Source of the DNA: Catajapyx aquilonaris
Lineage: Eukaryota
Assembly: GCA_000934665.2 (NCBI GenBank)
Contig: KZ538112.1
Location: 1 to 64,000 of the forward strand
Direction of reading: 5' to 3'
DNA length: 64,000 nucleotides
Numbering within the stretch: the first letter of the stretch is position 1; every line of letters begins with the position of its first letter. The notes below the pieces were generated by a model. It saw only the letters and a list, made by a program, of their open reading frames with translations, was not told the DNA's origin and ran no database searches. The position numbers and the translations under genes are program-made. Of the stretch, positions 34,715-48,562 are shown one piece after another.

Positions 34715-37700
34715 ACCGGTTGTAGGGATCACTTGGGGTTTGGCAATATGAGTCGTGAAACGACCTGGCTGCAAGCTGGTCGCAATGAATGGGTTGTTCG
34801 GAATCTGTTGGACCACGACCCTCAGTGACTTTTCTGGGTCAGGAGGAGGTCACCCTTCACGATATGTGTTAGAACAAAGGTCGACTTTAATATAAAGTTA
34901 AGTCACGTGGGATTGAACTATAGAATTCGTACCACGTGACCGAGCCTGTGTTTCAGTTTTTCTTTTGAAATTCTCGTGCAATATTTTTTCGAGCTTCATA
35001 TTTGACCAGAGTCTTTTCTGAGGGCCAAAATAAGGTTGAGAGTGGGGCGGGAAAACTTTTATTCGGGCGAAATGAAATCTCGTTCAATCTCAATCTGGAA
35101 AACTTTTCTTCCCCGCAAAGTTGCTTTCATCTGAGCGTCCAACGAGACTTCAGTTCGGCTCCTGCGAGAAAATATTTCCCTCAGTTTCAAGCCAAATGAA
35201 ATTACACGCTCCAAAAGGTGGGGGAAGCACATAAAACATAGTTATGGTACCATTGTGCTCTTTCATCAACATATTCTAACCGAGGTTGCGGTTTTCTTTC
35301 TGCTACACCAGGTACTGGTACATTAATATATGCAATTGTGTTTAAGAATCATGTATAAGATATGTAAAATCCATATGTTGCAACATAGTAATAGAGTACC
35401 ACTTTATGAATGAAATTTTACCGTAGTTTTTTAAATTCAGATAGTGTGTAGAAGAGCCTGTTTGTAGTTCACTTTTTATAGGAGAGATATTGCTAGGCGG
35501 GGCCTTGTGCTCTTCCACAAAGTGGATAAGGAAGCAAGTACTACAAAGAATCCTTAAACCTATAAGCTACAGAATTTTATAAGGAGATTGAGAAATTTTC
35601 TCTGCTTAAATCAGTTCAGTGAAATGGCGGAAGTAAGATTAAAGTGAGACTTTTACTTCACTGTTCTGTACTGCATTTAATAATACGACTTAGTATGAGA
35701 GCTGTGTTAATTAATCTAAAGCTTATAACGTCTGGAAGAGTATCCTTCCCCGCAGTTATTGTTTTCAGACAGCCGCCAGAATTACTTGGTTTTAATTAAT
35801 ACATTTGAGCTCCACTAATCCGGTCCTTAACTCCCACGGCCATTCTTGTCCCTCAAGCGTATCTTTTGAGAATTCCCTAGGTGGTATTCTATTGGAAGAA
35901 AGTCTTATCGTAGCTTTTTGAGCAGCATATATTTCTTCAGTCTGTAATCAATATTTTTAATAATTATAATGCTGCATAAACTATTTCATACTACAGTAGT
36001 TAATTGTCTTTCCTGAAATATTTGTACAAAAAGTGCAATAACCGTTTTTCTCGCAGGAGATAGGCTAAGCTTTGGCTCATTTTAGAAGATAAATTGTCTA
36101 CGAGACCTGAGGCAAAATGCTCATATATTTAACCTACACTGCATATTAATTTGATAAGCTATATAACACCATGCTATAGTTGGTTCAATCCATGTGTGAA
36201 CAGCCCATTTTATAACGACTGACCTACCCCGAAATGGAATACATGCATGAAAATGCTAGTAGGTGACATTTGAAAATCGCAGATCCCCATGGGAATTTGC
36301 AAGGAGAGTGGAAAACGTGGAGGGGAAAAGATGAGATAGGGCTCCAAGGAAAAAAATGGCAGCTCACCTCTGTCCCCACTTTTTTTTTTTCAACCATCCA
36401 TCCACATTTTTTTTTCTCATACAACTTCTATATCCGACGGCGGGAAAAAGAGAGGCTCACTTTCCATCTTAGTCCCAACCCCTCCTCCATCTCCACGTCC
36501 CTCGTCATTCTTTATTCCAAAAAGACCGACAAAGATGGAAATACGGATCAAAAGGAATTGCTAATAGAAAAAAAAGGAGCGAAAGGGAAAGTAGATATTA
36601 CTTTTCATCCTGTACAGTAAAAGGAAATGAGCAAGAGGAATATTGGACTGGAGAAAAAAAATAGAAATATTGTAAGATTTTTATTGCCATTCTGACATCA
36701 AACGCTATTAAACTGGGGGGTCTTTCATTAACAATTTTTCTGAGCCAGATTTATTAGTTTTTTGGGAATGTATAACGACTGGCAGTCATTGAATGGAATT
36801 AATAAGTCATTTCTACTCGAAGTTTGCATTTTGTAGGTATTACAAATCGTCTTATACTGACTTCATTATAAGGCGATTATCAGTACCTGTGATCATCACA
36901 TTATAGTTAATAGTGTAATATGTTAATTTTTTGAAACAAAAAATTAACAAAAAGGAATACAATATGTAGGCATTTCTTTAGTTTAAGAAATTAATAATAA
37001 CTAAAATTCATAAACAACCCCAAGTGTGATTTTTCATATCAGAGAGTCTGTTCTCCAGTGTCCTGCTGAGTTCCTACCAAGGCGTTTGTGAGATAAAAGT
37101 TTTTCCACTGTCAGTTGCTCTGTTGTTGACAGGCGCGGGAGTATAGTAGAATTAGATCGCATCAAACGAGTGTTTACTAGTATATCAAAGGCTGTGTAAG
37201 TGCTGTTACACAATGCGTATACACATTGCATAAAAGTGGCCCGAATAAATTATGCAGTGTCCTGGTTTCAGCTTGGTTGAATAATTTTACGGTCAACCCT
37301 GGGTGATCAGTGCAAACACGGATTACAGGCATGTTGTGTTGACAATTCATGGAGGAGAATCTGTGCAGTCCTGACGCTTTTAGCCTGTTTCCCTACCCGA
37401 CAAAAAAATTAATGCGTACGAAGCAAGGTAATATTTGCCAATTGACAGTCTTCTTGTCACACTGACCTTATGGCCATATTAGAAAAACTTTTCTCTCCAT
37501 ATTTTTTTTTCTCCTACCATCGATCGAGGAAACACTTTGCATCCACCCTTTCCCGATGAAGACCATGTCCGCTGCCGGAATCACAAGCGCTATTCTATAA
37601 TGGTGAAAGACCGCCTTTGCAAATGAATGTTTAATTCAACATTTTTCCCCGAATAAATTACAAAAGCTTACATTCTACTACCACCTATTTTGCTCCTTCT

Positions 37701-38660
37701 ATTCATAAGGCATACCATACTATAACAGTACAATGTGCTGATTAATTCAAGTATGTATATCACTGCAGGTTTAATTAGGCTAATTATTTCATAACATTGC
37801 AACTTGTATATTTTTAAAATCAGATTTTTGCAGTGCTTTTAGTGTGTGCTGTACACTGGCAGTTTTTTTTCGCAGTTGTGAAATGGGCAATGGACGAGAA
37901 ACATTTTTGTCAGGAGCCCTTTATTACGTAATTTCAGGCAATGGCCCTCCAAAGTGTTACGGTCCGCTCTAGAAGAGTAATAAGTAGACAAACCTCATTC
38001 TACAGTTGTGCCTGCTGACGGACCCAAGTCAGATTTTGGGTCAAAATGTAGCATCCCATTACAAGGTGATGGCCCAATTAACCCCCTTTTCATCACACAA
38101 TGTTATCATTCTTTATAGCCCAGAATTTTCATCCCTGACCCCCTCTGCAAATTCCCTTTTCCAAACTTGAAAGTAGCAACGAAGCGTATGCAATTTTGGA
38201 CAATTAATCAACTTCAAAACTTTAAATTACTGGTCGAGTGAAGTTGGCTTCAAAATGTAGCCAAAGTCCTTTTCGAGGGAATCTCCCATCATGCATCTGC
38301 GGGGAAGAGGACACACCTCGGCGATCCCGAATTAATCTCATAAATCAACTGTTGGAGGAGAAGGCCAATTCGAAACGATCGTCTGGAGAGTGGTATAGAG
38401 AGTTGGGGGGTAGAGGAGAAGGGGAGAGTTGGAGGGGAGGGGGAGGGAAAAAATGTGAAAAGTGTGGGTGGATCGATACATTTTGGGCAGCCACGCCCTT
38501 TTTCCGCTGAGCTTCACTTGGCTCCCTAGCTGGGCTTTCTCGCAAAAATTCACTCTGAAATGTCCACCACACCGATACAGTCACCCCCCCAGAAATTGCG
38601 AGTTGGGCGCAAACTTGTTAACTCAATGGGAAAAGTGTGCAACTTGAACCCCCCCCCCCC

Positions 38661-38781
38661 NNNNNNNNNNNNNNNNNNNNNNNNNNNNNNNNNNNNNNNN
38701 NNNNNNNNNNNNNNNNNNNNNNNNNNNNNNNNNNNNNNNNNNNNNNNNNNNNNNNNNNNNNNNNNNNNNNNNNNNNNNNNN
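38661..38781. other. Assembly gap (121 N) between a C-run and a G-run
   Basis: Direct reading. Confidence 0.99.
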
Positions 38782-39435
38782 GGGGGGGGGGGGGGTGGAG
38801 AAGATGAAATCGACAAACTTTATATATTTGAGGTTATTGAGAGATGTCGAGCGTTTTTTTTTCGAGCTGTCTGGCTTTATTGCGGTGTTTCTAAAACGAA
38901 TTTCTCGACACTGTACTGGCAGTATATAGGAAGTTATGTAATTTGCGATGAAGTTCAAGAGCTTCGCTTGGAAAGTCAATAACCTGCAGGAGGGATGTAT
39001 TCATGACTAGTTCCTGTTCCGATTGTTTGCCTTGATGTAATGGATAGTCTTTGGTATAATTGCTATTTATTCATTTAAAAATATAACTGTCGCTCTGTTT
39101 GTTCATGTAGATCAAAATTACTGAGTAAATAATTCAATTGTGAAATTTGCTATCTAGGCTGAAGATTCTTCATTTTGTATCAATATTTTGTCGGGTTTTA
39201 AAACATCCGGACAGTTTATTTTATTTCCGGAATGTTCCGTGCGGCCGGTAAAGGGAATGGAGGTCCATAATTTGGTCCGGGCACAGTGTGTTATCGTATA
39301 TTGGCGAAAAGCTACGTACATTTTATGTAAACCTCGCACGTGCTACACATTGACCTATAGAACAAAGTCAGGCTCCAGCAAAATTCAAAAGTGTTGCGAA
39401 AACACCGAAAAACATATTTATCTTATAAAAATGAA

Positions 39436-39854
39436 AGCTAACTAACTTGTATGATAAACCTTTTGGCTACCTATCCAAAAATTAGTGTCCTTGACATTTC
39501 CTCTTCGAATCAAATGAAATCGGCCATCATTGGAACATCCTATACTGCCCTGTTATCTTTTTTTCTAATTCCTGGGGATGTATAAGAGCAGGGAGAAGAT
39601 TCATCAAGATTGAAAGATTTCATTTGCCATGATATCTTCTTTCTGCTTCTTTGGATATCCTAGGATATCAAAGGAACAGGAAGTAGATCCCATGGCAGTT
39701 GGGATGTTCAAATGATGGCCGATTACTGCTGGTGCTTAGTAAGAGATGACCCTCACAAAGATCACAAACGCAAGTCATTCTAGATTTTATTGGATTCGAA
39801 GAGCCAAGGACACTAATTTTTGGGTATGTAGCCAAAAAGTTCCCTTGGTTAGCT
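39436..39854. mobile_element. Diverged palindromic MITE (possibly Kolobok-like)
   Basis: AGCTAAC...GTTAGCT ends; inverted arms TTTTGGCTACCTATCCAAAAATTAGTGTCCTTG / CAAGGACACTAATTTTTGGGTATGTAGCCAAAA and AATCGGCCATCATT / AATGATGGCCGATT; degenerate TTAA-like flanks. Confidence 0.7.
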
Positions 39855-41184
39855 TTGATGGATTGATTCGAAAAATATTTACGCTTCTAGTGTATTGCAC
39901 GGTACAGTAGACGGTTTTGTGCTTTCTTGACACATTTGGTAGGTCTTATGTCATTTTAGCATGTAATCAAATTATCACATTATCATTGAAAGAAAACCGT
40001 ACTTGATATGCAAAAACTGCTAATCTACAGTCAGAGCCCTGGAAATAGATTTTGTCACCAATCCAATCCCCTGCCGCAGAAATTTATTACAATTTCATGG
40101 TAGTGTAATCAGTCAGATTGTTAAAAAGGGCTATTACAGTCCGGTGAGTAGTAAAAGGGCGCAACTGTACGTAATGTGTTGACCACAGCACTTTTAGCCC
40201 CGATATTTATGTTTTAAATAATGATAATGAGCTAATTATACTAATTGTAATTTCTTGGCGTATATAACAAATGCAGTAATGTTATTATGTAATTAACTTA
40301 ATGACAACTTCACACATTTGCAGTATTGTCTATCTTTAAAGAGTGGTGAATAATAAAGGGCATGGGAAATATTACCACTGTCTGCAGCAGAGCAGTTTAA
40401 ATACGGAAATGGCAAAAGTGCTTCAGGTTGATTTGTGTGTTCATAAAAATGTCAACCTCAATGCTGTTAGTCTTTATGAAGAGCAATGCAAAAGAAGCAC
40501 CATACTTTGCTCATCACTAGTACAGTCTCTGGGCTTATCTTCTGCAACCTCGAGGAAAAAACTCGCTGTAAATTGAGAAAAAAAACTACAAACAGATTGT
40601 CCTTTGAAATGTAAAACATCCTGACATAGTTGCTGTAACAAGATATGACACACAATCCTAAATTCCAGGTTCAAAAGCAAGGTCGCAACAAGTTTAAAGA
40701 AATGCAATGATCACACTGCATAATTGCTGCTAATGAGTTGCCTATAATCAAATCAGTATGTGAGCTGATATCTAGCAATCAGACCTCCTATTGCATAAAT
40801 CCCCAATACTTTTTGGAGCAGATAAACGTCCGCAAATGAATATTTTATGCTCATCCATGCTGCCTAAAATACTTGATAATTATGCATTCATTTGAACTGC
40901 CACTGCAGAGTTTGAAGACGAAAAGAGTTTTTCATTTTTGCACTTTGCACAAAGCCACTCTGTGTGGACCGCACCGAAAATTCCTCGTCAATCAATCGTT
41001 GGCGTGTAATCTAGCCTGTCATACTTTTTGATGCTGCCAGACTGCAACCAATATGTTCCACATGGTTGAAGCAAGCCTGAATAATATTGCAAGTACCAAG
41101 GTGATAACGCATAGTTTTATTACGCGTTTAATGCTGAAAAACTGGTTGTTTGACCAGTGCATAAGATTGGATAAGCGTCACTAA

Positions 41185-41500
41185 CAAGAGAACGACCAAG
41201 GTCGGTCGCCTCCGATTTGGTTAAAACTCGCTTGAGGGGTCACTCATGTATGATAGACACAGTGGTGAAAGTCATAGGTGACACTGTCCATCTGTTTCAG
41301 AGATATGAGCGACAAAAACATCCGAATTTTGGCCCCGCGTATAAGGGAAAAAGGCCTTGCAAGCACTTTTTGTCGCTCATATCTCGGAAACGGCTGGACA
41401 GTGTCATCTAGGACTTTCACCACTGTGTCTAGAATACATGAGTGACCCCTCAAGAGAGTTTCAGCCAAATCGGAGGCGACCGACCTTGGCCGTTCCCTTG
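41185..41500. mobile_element. Palindromic MITE (316 bp), TAA TSD, CAAG termini
   Basis: TAA|CAAGAGAACGACCAAGGTCGGTCGCCTCCGATTTGG...CCAAATCGGAGGCGACCGACCTTGGCCGTTCCCTTG|TAA; ~130-bp arms. Confidence 0.88.
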
Positions 41501-44500
41501 TAAGTTGCACAAGATGTACCACAAAACCTGGGGCATTTCCCCAGACACCATCAACCTGGATTTTTGCCTTTCCACAACTTCTGACAAACTGGAAGCAGCA
41601 CGTTTTGGGCACCACTCCCAAGAAAAGGCATATCCCCAAGTTTGGTCCAACCATCTTTGATCATCCCCCCAACTTTCCTCTTGCAGTTTCCAAAGTACTT
41701 GGCCGCTCCCGACATGCTACACCAAGTTAGACAACAGATCACGTGAAAATGGTCGGTCGACTCATACCAAATTAGACTTTGTTATGCGGTCCTGGTTTGG
41801 AAACACCGAAGCACGTGACACGCCCCGCAGCGGAGGGGGTGTAAAACATTCAGGAGTATCGCAGTATCGGGTGTGTTCGTGCTGTTTTGGGGGGTTGCAT
41901 AAGAGATAGGGGGGAGATAAGTGGGGAGGACGCTAGGGGATGAGCTGAATTTATCATTACTAATGGATGAATTCGGTGCCAGACCTCGTCACGACAAGAT
42001 GCGGGGTCTCAATCTGGTTTGCAGATACACAACGCCGTGGGTTTAATTATCATTAGGGATTTCTCCACAGCTGGACTAATTAATTTATTAATTAGCTAAT
42101 TAATAAAGGGGGAGGACTTCCGGAGGTGTGTATCAAGCAGGGGTGGGGTATTTGGTTGTAGGTGTGGTAAAGTGAGAGGGGTGAAACTGATGGGTGGGGT
42201 AGACAAGCAGACAGAGAGAGAGGTGAGATTCGATTTTGCCCGCATTGCAGGTTTATTTCCAAGCTCATTGCGATTACCATCAGTTCCACGTGTTGCCCCC
42301 TCATTCTGGTGATAATTACTTCGTGCAATTTACCTGATTTGATTTTGGATTTATTATTTCCTCATTCCGCCTGGGTGATAGGCAATTTCAATTACTGTAT
42401 TTGTCACGTTTCCACCCCCCTTCAACATTAGTCTGGAAGTAGAATAATAATTGTGCTATTCTGTCATAAGGTATTGCTATAGTCGGTTTTGCGGAAACTG
42501 CTACGAAGATTAGTGTCAGGTTGTGGTGACTAGTGGCTTCCTTCCATGCCATGGCGATTTGTTGGTTGGCATTTGGGTAAAATGTTTATGATGGAGTTGA
42601 TTATATAAATACCTTTAAATGTTTTGCGGTGGTAACAAGTCCCTAAAAGCCTGCATAACATTATGATGTAAGCCTGTTAGAGGCGTGGCCTTCCAAAACC
42701 GCAGTACTCATGCATTCATTGCTGCGTCACACTAACTTTGAATAGCGTTCATGACCCCCCGCACAATTCCATCAAAGTTTGTAAAGCCTTTCATACTTTT
42801 ACTCTATAGTCGCAAATTAATTGAATGGATGTTCGAGAATAAAGGGCGTGAAGAAATGCAACTGTAACTATTTGTCGATGATTTGATTGCTGCACTATTC
42901 AGCGTCGAAGCATTCGATTGAAAACTTTCGGGCATATATGAGTCCCTTTTAGTAATGTCACAAACACATTGTCGGGGTATTGGAATCGATGGTATCGGAC
43001 CAGGCAGTCATTTTCGCGTCAATGGCCACCAGGCTGGAATTCCGTACTTATCGGACGGAAGTGATGAACAGCAACCATAGAAACTGGGACTACCCGAGTT
43101 GCAAAATAACCCTAGAGATTCCATGCACAAGTCAACGGTTGCCTAATACACCAAAGTACCACTAGGTCTGCTGTTCACAGTCCGTGGATTTGGATGACTT
43201 CCTCCCCGGACCAAGCTCCACCATTTATCTTGCATCTGTCTGATAATGTCATCATTCTTGTTACTGTCTACATCCCTGCAATTTTGCGCAAGTTCCGTGT
43301 CCATGACTGCGATAAATTGAATGTGGATCGATCAGGAGGAGCGTTTGGCTTCGGATATAACATTATAAGATATAGGAGCGAGGGATAATGCTTTTAACCA
43401 ATGAGAGCAGTTAACAACTTAGGCTTATGCATGGCAGGAGAAATAATAGAACGTGCTGCAGTAAGCCTATCTAAATGGGCTTAGGTAATTATGTTTCTCT
43501 GATGCAGATGCATGGCGTTTTCCTCTCTCTGGGATGGGGGAGGAAGAGTGACATGCCCCAGAGGAAATTACTTGCTTGATGAAACAAGAGTTGAACCTTG
43601 AAGCTTTCTTAGTCTGGCAGTGTATATTGTAGGATTACTGTGGCACAAACACAAATTCCAACAAATAATTGAATGGGCACCTGGAAGTAGGATCTGGCCT
43701 AACATTATGGCCCTCTTCAACATGTCGGAAGACGCATTTAAATTAATTTTAATATCATTTTAAATAACTTTGCTGCTTAATTTGAAGCCTTGATTTCCAG
43801 AGATATCTGCAGTCACATTTTGGTCGCAATTGTACGATAGAGTCCTATAAAGGTATTTTACCATGGTCTACTGGGTTTTCTGCTGGAACAGATACAGTCC
43901 ACTGAGGAAATGTTTAAACAAAGGGGGGTTCCCATAAGAGATAATTCTCAGTCTTCAAACTTAAAACCCTCGTGTCTCAAAATCATTCCACTGTGACTCG
44001 GATTGTTCTGCAAATCGGGTCTTTCTTTGTTTCTGCAACATATGTCTGAAGAATAACACTGTGAATTACCACACATATGGGAAGGGTATTAGTCAATTTT
44101 TTCTTACATTAAAAAAACTGTAGCGACTATTGTTCTATGCAAAAACTTCAGACCCTGTATAGTTATTATACGGAAGGCAAAGGAATGCCCTTGGAAACTC
44201 TCTCTTTAGGATGGAGAAATACCATTACAGGTGTTTTAATTGCTTTTCCTACACTCTATTCTAAAATTCCAACTTTCCCCGCACTTATTGTGCGGAATGC
44301 CTCCACTCACTGTGACTACTTCTTTGTCCCAGCTACCAACCGGAATGCTTGAATAGTTTGTCCAAAATGTTTTACCTCGACACCAGAAAAGTCATGTGAC
44401 ACCCTCTCCGTACAAAGTTTCTAAAATATACTTTATATTTTCGCCACTCCGAATGTTCTTTTTAGTCAACGCGCAGTATAAATAACGGCTTAAAAATATA

Positions 44501-44600
44501 TTACTATGTTGAAGTTGTGAAATGCATTGTCATATGTTTCCCTCAGGACAGAAAATAACAGACATTTCCGGTGTTATCTATGACAGCTGTTTATTGTTTA

Positions 44601-45175
44601 CTAGCAGGATACGCGGCGTTGCTCGGGTTATGAAATACTTTTCCATAGGAGTAACCAAAGAGTTCTGCTATTATATAATATAATACCTAGAGGAGGTACT
44701 CCCTATCCTTTTCCATTAGACAGGCTGAGGCAGCCGCCATCTTGTTGAAGGTCATGTTGTTCTAACAGTTGTCTAGCAACTGGGACAACAACCAATAATG
44801 ACAACTGGGCGACAATTAAGTTCTATAATGTCAGGCAGCCGCCATCTTGTTGAAGGTCATATTGTTGCCTGCATTGTTGCCTGCCTCACATTTCAGGCCG
44901 AGTACCTCCTCTAGGTGTGTATATAATATAGCAGAACTCTTTGGGAGTAACTCATTGATGTAACAGCGTCAACAATGACTGCATTTCCATGGAGTAACAA
45001 TAAAGGGTAAATGCTTTTCTGCCGTTTCGCCTGTGCGGTCAAGGATTACCTCGGAGGTCAAGTCCAATCTGCTAAAAACCTTCCCCGTTAAAAACTATCC
45101 CTAATGATCACCCTGGGGCATATGTCGAGGCCTCCGTATTGATTTGCATCGGGAACATACAGACATACGCCTGTG
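44601..45175 (-). mobile_element. Non-autonomous Helitron, second copy, interrupted by a MITE
   Basis: Minus-strand 3' end CCCGAGCAACGCCGCGTATCCTG-CTAG|T (GC hairpin then CTAG before T); 45075-45170 matches 29638-29735. 5' boundary approximate. Confidence 0.65.
44656..44943. mobile_element. MITE with 8-bp TSD and CAAAG termini (P-element- or hAT-like) nested in the Helitron
   Basis: GGAGTAAC|CAAAGAGTTCTGCTAT...ATAGCAGAACTCTTTG|GGAGTAAC; inner arms ACCTAGAGGAGGTACTC; internal direct repeat GGCAGCCGCCATCTTGTTGAAGGTCAT x2. Confidence 0.88.
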
Positions 45176-48100
45176 ACTTTTGTGCAACGATGAGAAAAGC
45201 CATCGACAGTTTTTGTGACTTGGTTTCTAGAATATAACCAGTATCAGAGCTGCTTCGATTAGGGAAAGACACGTGTTGAGGAGCACCGTTGTACCTTGAG
45301 GACAATGCCTGCCTTCGAGAGTCCCTCCCACACCTCCCCTCATCTTATACCCTCGCCTCTCCCCACCTCATTTCCGCGAGAGATGGAAGCTGCTGCTGCT
45401 AATAAATTGAACCTTGGGCGATATTGAAAGAAGGCGACGAGGTGAAGCAAGGGAGGGAATGGGGAGTGGAAAAATCGCTGATAATTTTCAGCTTGTTAGC
45501 TGTGGAAACGAGAGAGATGATGGAGTTTGGGTCCAACTCCTAATTCCATCAAGTTCTGGCGCGCTTTGGGGGGCTGATTTTTTTTTTCTTTCCTTTTTTT
45601 CTCATCACTTATCCACTCATGTCTTGCCTTTTTTTTTTTACTTTCCATACTTTTTTGAAGTTCAGGAATTTTTAGCCTCTCAAACTTAGTATTCTCGGTG
45701 AAATTAATTTTTCGCTCCTGCGACGACAGAGGCAAAATGGAGTTTAGAATATGGTTATGGGGAGGTTCTATCCGAGCTCAGTCATACGAGAAATAATTTA
45801 GTGGGCCTAAGTTAACAGACCTATCCGTGGTTGAACCTTGTTCATATTTATTCGCAGCTACGTGGTAGGGAACTTGCATTATTAAAGTAAACAGAGGTGG
45901 GAAACGTCGAAAATTAATACTTTGTCCAATATTTGCATATCTTTTCGTATACATATTTTCTGAAATAGGTGCTGTCACATATATAGCATCTATTGATAAA
46001 CAAGAAGGGTCGCAACTTACTCTACAATTATTCAGGAGTACATGTCTTGTAAGAGGTGAATTGGTATTATTTAGTTAAGTGCACCGTAAGTGCACTACCG
46101 ACAAGATCGCCTGTGACGTTAACATAATGATGCCCAGAAGCCCACTCCATCCATGCCCCATCCTCAGGATTTCAGAACAGACATTCAGCAGTATAAATTA
46201 TTCAGATGTACGTTGTACGAGCTAGGCCTATACTACTACAGAAATCCGATCTGGATTTCTAGATAAAGATATAGGTGTGTCATTATGCAGTGGTGTCTAT
46301 GACTGGTATGGAAATGTGACTATGGAGATGGGTTCTCTCAGTGGTGCAGGGATGCATCAGGGAATAAAACATTTTCTGCATTTTATAGGACTGCTAGATA
46401 ATAATCATGTACAGTCTGTTCCAATATTTTCGAACATCTTAATTGAAACACCTAAAAGCAACAGTGGTAGTTGAGCACGAAATGCAAATGGGCACGAGGC
46501 ATTAGGGGTAAGAGGATGATGCCTTTTAAAACCGTGCGAAGAGTAAAGAAGCTTGCAGAAAATACAGCCTTTTTGATTGGCCTTCTAGAGTGAGGTCATA
46601 AATCTCTCTCTCTCTTGTGGAGCTACGTCTGCAGAATGTTGGTGGTGCTCATTCATGAGGCAGAGGAAGAGATGGATGGTCCCAAAGAAGGAGCGGGAAA
46701 AGGTGCTTCACTTGGGGATTAATTGATCCCTGGCGACGCAAGGTTGCCAGGACCACAGATTAACTTTCACAGGATACTTCTGCTAAGCATTCAAACAAGC
46801 TGGGCTCAGGAGCTCTACACTAACTCCTTTTCCTTTGATCCGGATCATCAGCAAAATGTACGACTGAAGTGTAGGATTGTTGGGAACATTCAAGTTACAG
46901 TCGAAGGATCTCGGGCTGATGGTGTATTGACTGATGTAATATTAAGCTGATTAAAATATTGCATTACAGGTTAAATCAGGTGTGCTTAATTGCACAGTGT
47001 TTATTTCAGGTAGTTGTAGTTAAATGCTGGATTTATTAATAACGAGTTATGGTAAGTAATAAAAATTACCAGATGAAGTGTAACGTGCAGTACATGAAAA
47101 CTGTACAACGTGACAATTCACGGTAATGAAGCGCCAACGGTTTTGTCTTCTAAAAATGTTCGGAGTTTCATCGCAGTACGGTGAATTCATTGATATGCAA
47201 CTAGTTTCGCGTTATTCGGACCACATACGAATTTGATTTGCATGTTAAGGCCAGGACGCTGTTACACACAGATACAAAAAGACACAATGGCCCTCTGGTG
47301 AATATTTTTGCATCAGTTTTACTATTGTAGAACATAGGTCGCCCATCTGCACTTTTTTGATAATGAAAATGAGCATCGAAATTTTTTGAACCCCTTTGTG
47401 TGAGTTGTTACAGTAACTTTCAGAGAGGACTAAAACACTTAATATTAGATGAAGTTGGGTATACTGGTTTGTCCCACTATGCACATCAGCCTCTGTTTTA
47501 TCACGCAGTGTTGGCTAACATGGGTAACTTTTTGCCTAACTTTCATCTTCTAGTTACTCTGCTGCCGAGGAACTTCCCAGGCAGTGATATTCGTGTAATT
47601 GCAAAGTATACAGTATTTGCCAACTACCGAATGCAGTCGCTAATAGGCAAATTGACAAGTAAAATATTCATTACAACGGAAACATTCTGCCACCATTGTA
47701 CAGGACAGTAAAAATAAAGGTCGTAAGTTAAACAATGGTCGTCAAAAGTTGTTGCTAATTATTGGCCTGTAAGCCATCCATGCATGATGGTTTAATCTTC
47801 TGCTTTGTTTTGCCAGGTGCATATCACACGGGCTGTAATTTCACATTTTAATACACACCGACATAATAATTTACAATATTTGAAGTGGGTTACCCGATTG
47901 AAAATGAGTTAATAACGACTAACGTTTCGGTCCGTTGAACCAGACCACCGATTATTTTTGGTTACCCCCCATAATTATGCGAAATAGTTATACGCAGTCC
48001 ATGAGTTATACATGTTTGAAGAGGCTTAATGCCAACGATGCCTCCATTAAAAGTCACAAACGGTTTTATTTATTTCCTAACAAGTGACTTTGGAATGATT

Positions 48101-48401
48101 TGTGACCTGCTCATGTGCTCCATTAGGACACTCTAATGGTCGTGCTTTTAGGTTGGATCCTGTTTGTACTGAGGTAAAGCGGTTGAAACATGTGCGGCAG
48201 GTCTCCCACAAAGCCCATAATATAATGGCCTCCACCATCTGCCCCTCTGAATGCTTGCTTTCACTAACAATCTCAAGAGGATTTCTTGGGGTATATTCAT
48301 ATTTAATGCAAACGATATAGCCAACCTTAGTGTAGAGATGTACAAGTACATTCACCAGCTAACGATAAACTGAAGTTAGTTATTTTGTAATATTATGTAA
48401 T

Positions 48402-48562
48402 CTGCCGTCCCAAGAAAAAAAAAACATATCTTCAAAACTAGTATAAGGGTGAAGATCGCCTGCACTAATCCCCTCTGAGTCATGGGGAATTAGTGCAGGG
48501 CATGCATGCGACTTTCACCCTTACTGATTTTGGAGTTAGGGTGTTTATCCTTGGGACGGCAG
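48402..48562. mobile_element. MITE with 4-bp TSD (Sola-like), copy 2
   Basis: TAAT|CTGCCGTCCCAAG...CTTGGGACGGCAG|TAAT; shares TAAGGGTGAA and GCGACTTTCACCCTTAC with 17725-17840. Confidence 0.85.
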
